DNA from: Aulosira sp. ZfuVER01
GTDB lineage: Bacteria > Cyanobacteriota > Cyanobacteriia > Cyanobacteriales > Nostocaceae
Direction of reading: 5' to 3'
Assembly (NCBI GenBank): GCA_034530615.2
Contig: JAVRCV020000068.1
Coordinates: 32,001-96,000, forward strand
DNA: 64,000 bases
Below are positions 61,694-64,000 of the stretch, piece by piece. The notes under the pieces are model-generated. The model was not told the DNA's origin. It saw nothing but the letters and a program-made list of their open reading frames with translations, and searched no databases. Numbering within the stretch: position 1 is the first letter of the stretch; every line of letters starts with the position of its first letter. The position numbers were made by a program, and so were the translations under genes.

Positions 61694-62083
61694 TCAGTCC
61701 AAACTTATTCTCCAGAAACCTTCAAGCGGATTAGACTGTTGCAATTGGCTGCTACTACCAACCCCATCATTGTCATACACCAACCCAACACTGAAATTTC
61801 TATTTATCGGAAATTGTCCTAGTTTACCAAAACCTACAATATTTTTGGAATCAGCGATCGCTTGCTGATTCAACTGTATAGTTGTTTGGTTGCCATCAGC
61901 AAAATAGATTGTTGCTCGTCTGTTGTGAAAGCTTACTTGAACGTTATAGATCCCACCAGTTCCATAATAATAAGCTTTTGCAGGTAGTTTTTGACCATCA
62001 ATATTCTGCCCGTTGATCTCAACTGCGATCGCAGGCGTACTCAACAGCAACAAAGTAGGTAGAATTAACTCCAATAGTTTCAT
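61694..62083 (-). CDS. Hypothetical secreted protein
   Basis: Signal peptide ending PAIA; 129 aa. Confidence 0.7.
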   Translation of the reverse strand: MKLLELILPTLLLLSTPAIAVEINGQNIDGQKLPAKAYYYGTGGIYNVQVSFHNRRATIYFADGNQTTIQLNQQAIADSKNIVGFGKLGQFPINRNFSVGLVYDNDGVGSSSQLQQSNPLEGFWRISLD

Positions 62084-62297
62084 AGGTGTACTAAAAAGCC
62101 CATTTTATCAACCTACTTTTAACTTTAAAACATAAATTTAATCTCTGGGGCTAATAAGCGATCGCCGCCCGAAAAAAAATTCATCATGTTTGAATGGCAA
62201 GCCGCGCTTTGCGATCGCTTATTATACTCATTTAAAAAATGTTTGCGATATATAAATTGTTTTCAAGGAACAATGTTCTCTAGTCATCTAATGGGTA

Positions 62298-63389
62298 TTA
62301 CTGGCATTCTTCTGGTGATGGTGTTTTTGGCAAAGATACAGTGGTGTTTTGTAAATTCTCTCGCAATAGCACTTTCAGTCGTTGATTATCTTCAGCAGCG
62401 ATCGTTTCACCGTAGTGATGTTGCTGAAATAATTGGCAATAACGGTTTTGTTTAGCACAAATTAAACAACCGTAGGCATTATTACCATTTGCACCGCATA
62501 GCCGATGTCCCATCACCGGGCCCAAGGAAATATTTTGCTCACTTGCAACTGTATTCAGGATGGAACGTAGCCGTGCTTCAAACTCCATTGATAAAAACAG
62601 CTTACTTCCTGGTTTTGTACGATCCCATTGCGGCACAATTAATCCCTGTTTTAACAAACTCTCTTCAATTTCAGCTGACATAACAATGTTAGAGAGAATT
62701 ACATGGTGGGTAACATTAGGCAAAAGTTTCCTTGCCAATTGCCACATTAAAGTCTCATCAAACCACTGTTCAACTAGAGGACGAAGATACCAACAACAGG
62801 GAATGCCAAGGTTGACTAAATCTTGTAGCAGTTGTACTCGTCCCTGAATAGAGGCTTGCTCATATCCTGGTTTTAATGGTGGTAGACTAACAAAAACTGT
62901 GACTCGTAGGGAATTCGGTTGAGCTAAAGTAGCTTTGAGGCGCTCTAGAAATGATTTACCAGGGTGGACTTTGGTTGTAATGTAGACCATATTCGCTGCT
63001 TGACGGTCAATCAGTGCATTCAAAATTGACAGTACACGTTCTCGATGCGCTGGGATAAAGGGATCGGAGTAGTCGCATAGAGAAATTGGAAAGCCATTTT
63101 GTCCCTCTGGAGTAGCAAAAATGCAGTCTAACAACCGATCGAGCAAGTCAGATGGAGCTAAAGTATTCTCAAAATTTTCTGGATGATGATGCCAGTCACG
63201 GTCTTGATGGCAGACACAATAAGCACATTCAACTGGACAACGGTTCAGGGTATTGGGTAGAAATGGATTCAGACTGAAGTATTTAACTGCACGTTCTCGA
63301 TCGGGAATTCCCAGTACAGGAAAGCCATGTAGCATATACTGACTCCCCTGTAATGAAACTTCAGACAGAGTAGATTGATAATTTGCCAT
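62298..63389 (-). CDS. Radical SAM protein (spore-photoproduct-lyase-like fold) of unknown function
   Basis: CPVECAYC (CX3CX2C), DYSDPF, ITTK, GIPCCWYLRP; extra C-terminal cysteines. Confidence 0.8.
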   Translation of the reverse strand: MANYQSTLSEVSLQGSQYMLHGFPVLGIPDRERAVKYFSLNPFLPNTLNRCPVECAYCVCHQDRDWHHHPENFENTLAPSDLLDRLLDCIFATPEGQNGFPISLCDYSDPFIPAHRERVLSILNALIDRQAANMVYITTKVHPGKSFLERLKATLAQPNSLRVTVFVSLPPLKPGYEQASIQGRVQLLQDLVNLGIPCCWYLRPLVEQWFDETLMWQLARKLLPNVTHHVILSNIVMSAEIEESLLKQGLIVPQWDRTKPGSKLFLSMEFEARLRSILNTVASEQNISLGPVMGHRLCGANGNNAYGCLICAKQNRYCQLFQQHHYGETIAAEDNQRLKVLLRENLQNTTVSLPKTPSPEECQ

Positions 63390-63608
63390 AACCCTTTAAC
63401 CATTAATCCATCTACGAAAAATCGCTTACATTAGGGTGGCTGGTGTAAATCTGGAGTGGCAATGATAGAAATACTTGAAAATCATCATTAACTATTGCTT
63501 AAGAAATCAAAAATACTGAGGTATTATTGCTTATCCTCCAACGTAAATTCAAGTTCCAGGCTGGTAAAAATACAGCTGCCGAAAATTCAACTGTCAGGCG
63601 ATCGCAAC

Positions 63609-64000
63609 TTACAAATATAAGGATTGAACAGCCAGATCCTTTAAGGTAATGGTAAAGTTACGCTGCTCTTGTGTAGCAATGAATGCGATAGTTGCCTCAC
63701 ACGCCACAGCAACAGTTAACATCACCAAATTTCGCGCTAGAGGATAATCACAGACATCATCATTGACATCAGAAGGAACGCGATAAACATCATTCCAAAT
63801 TACTTCTGCATAATCGGCTGCTAGTCCAACATGAAGGCAGGGAATTTTTGAACGATCGGCATAATCTTTCACTGCTTGACGTGACAAGCTGTTGTCAAAA
63901 ACATCAATAATTAACTGGCTATCTTGAAGTAGTTGATCTGCATTTGCTGATGTCAACTCCTTTGTTTTGGCATCAACTTTAGTACCAATTGCTCGGTATA
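63609..64000 (-). CDS. ThiF/MoeB/E1-like adenylyltransferase, 5' end outside the window
   Basis: YRAIGTKVDA...LIIDVFDNSLSRQAV..IPCLHVGL..DVCDYPLARN. Confidence 0.8.
   Translation of the reverse strand, partial: YRAIGTKVDAKTKELTSANADQLLQDSQLIIDVFDNSLSRQAVKDYADRSKIPCLHVGLAADYAEVIWNDVYRVPSDVNDDVCDYPLARNLVMLTVAVACEATIAFIATQEQRNFTITLKDLAVQSLYL

Noticed and set aside
63390..63608. 25-codon ORF (MMIFQVFLSLP...) as a precursor peptide for ThiF/radical SAM
   Set aside because: No RBS and no leader or core features; the radical SAM lacks an evident RRE or SPASM pattern.

Overview
Chromosomal segment of a filamentous, probably heterocyst-forming cyanobacterium (Nostocales-like). Evidence: very frequent HIP1 octamer GCGATCGC, heptamer tandem repeats, small dispersed repeats and a complete hmpA-F motility locus. 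Housekeeping content: ilvB, mgtE, prolyl oligopeptidase, hmpABCDE/hmpF, tilS, three tandem hli genes, htpX, recQ, aas, pdhC, an amino-acid decarboxylase and a MoxR/DUF58/transglutaminase operon. A double-kinase hybrid sensor runs off the left edge and a ThiF protein off the right edge. No rRNA, tRNA or CRISPR array was seen. Most notable: (1) a ~250-nt highly structured, riboswitch-like leader between a consensus promoter and mgtE that fits no family I recognise; (2) a tandem pair of paralogous small membrane proteins, one missing from the ORF track; (3) a His10-tailed, CAB-less ferrochelatase paralog with a CsoR/RcnR-like palindrome upstream; (4) an AT-rich insert with an IS630 remnant, a frameshifted TM-TPR gene and a SLOG-like gene; (5) an orphan radical SAM enzyme with extra cysteines; (6) in-frame insertions of small repeats inside the peptidase gene; (7) an orphan double-glycine peptide precursor. 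All family assignments come from motif recognition by eye; no searches were run.
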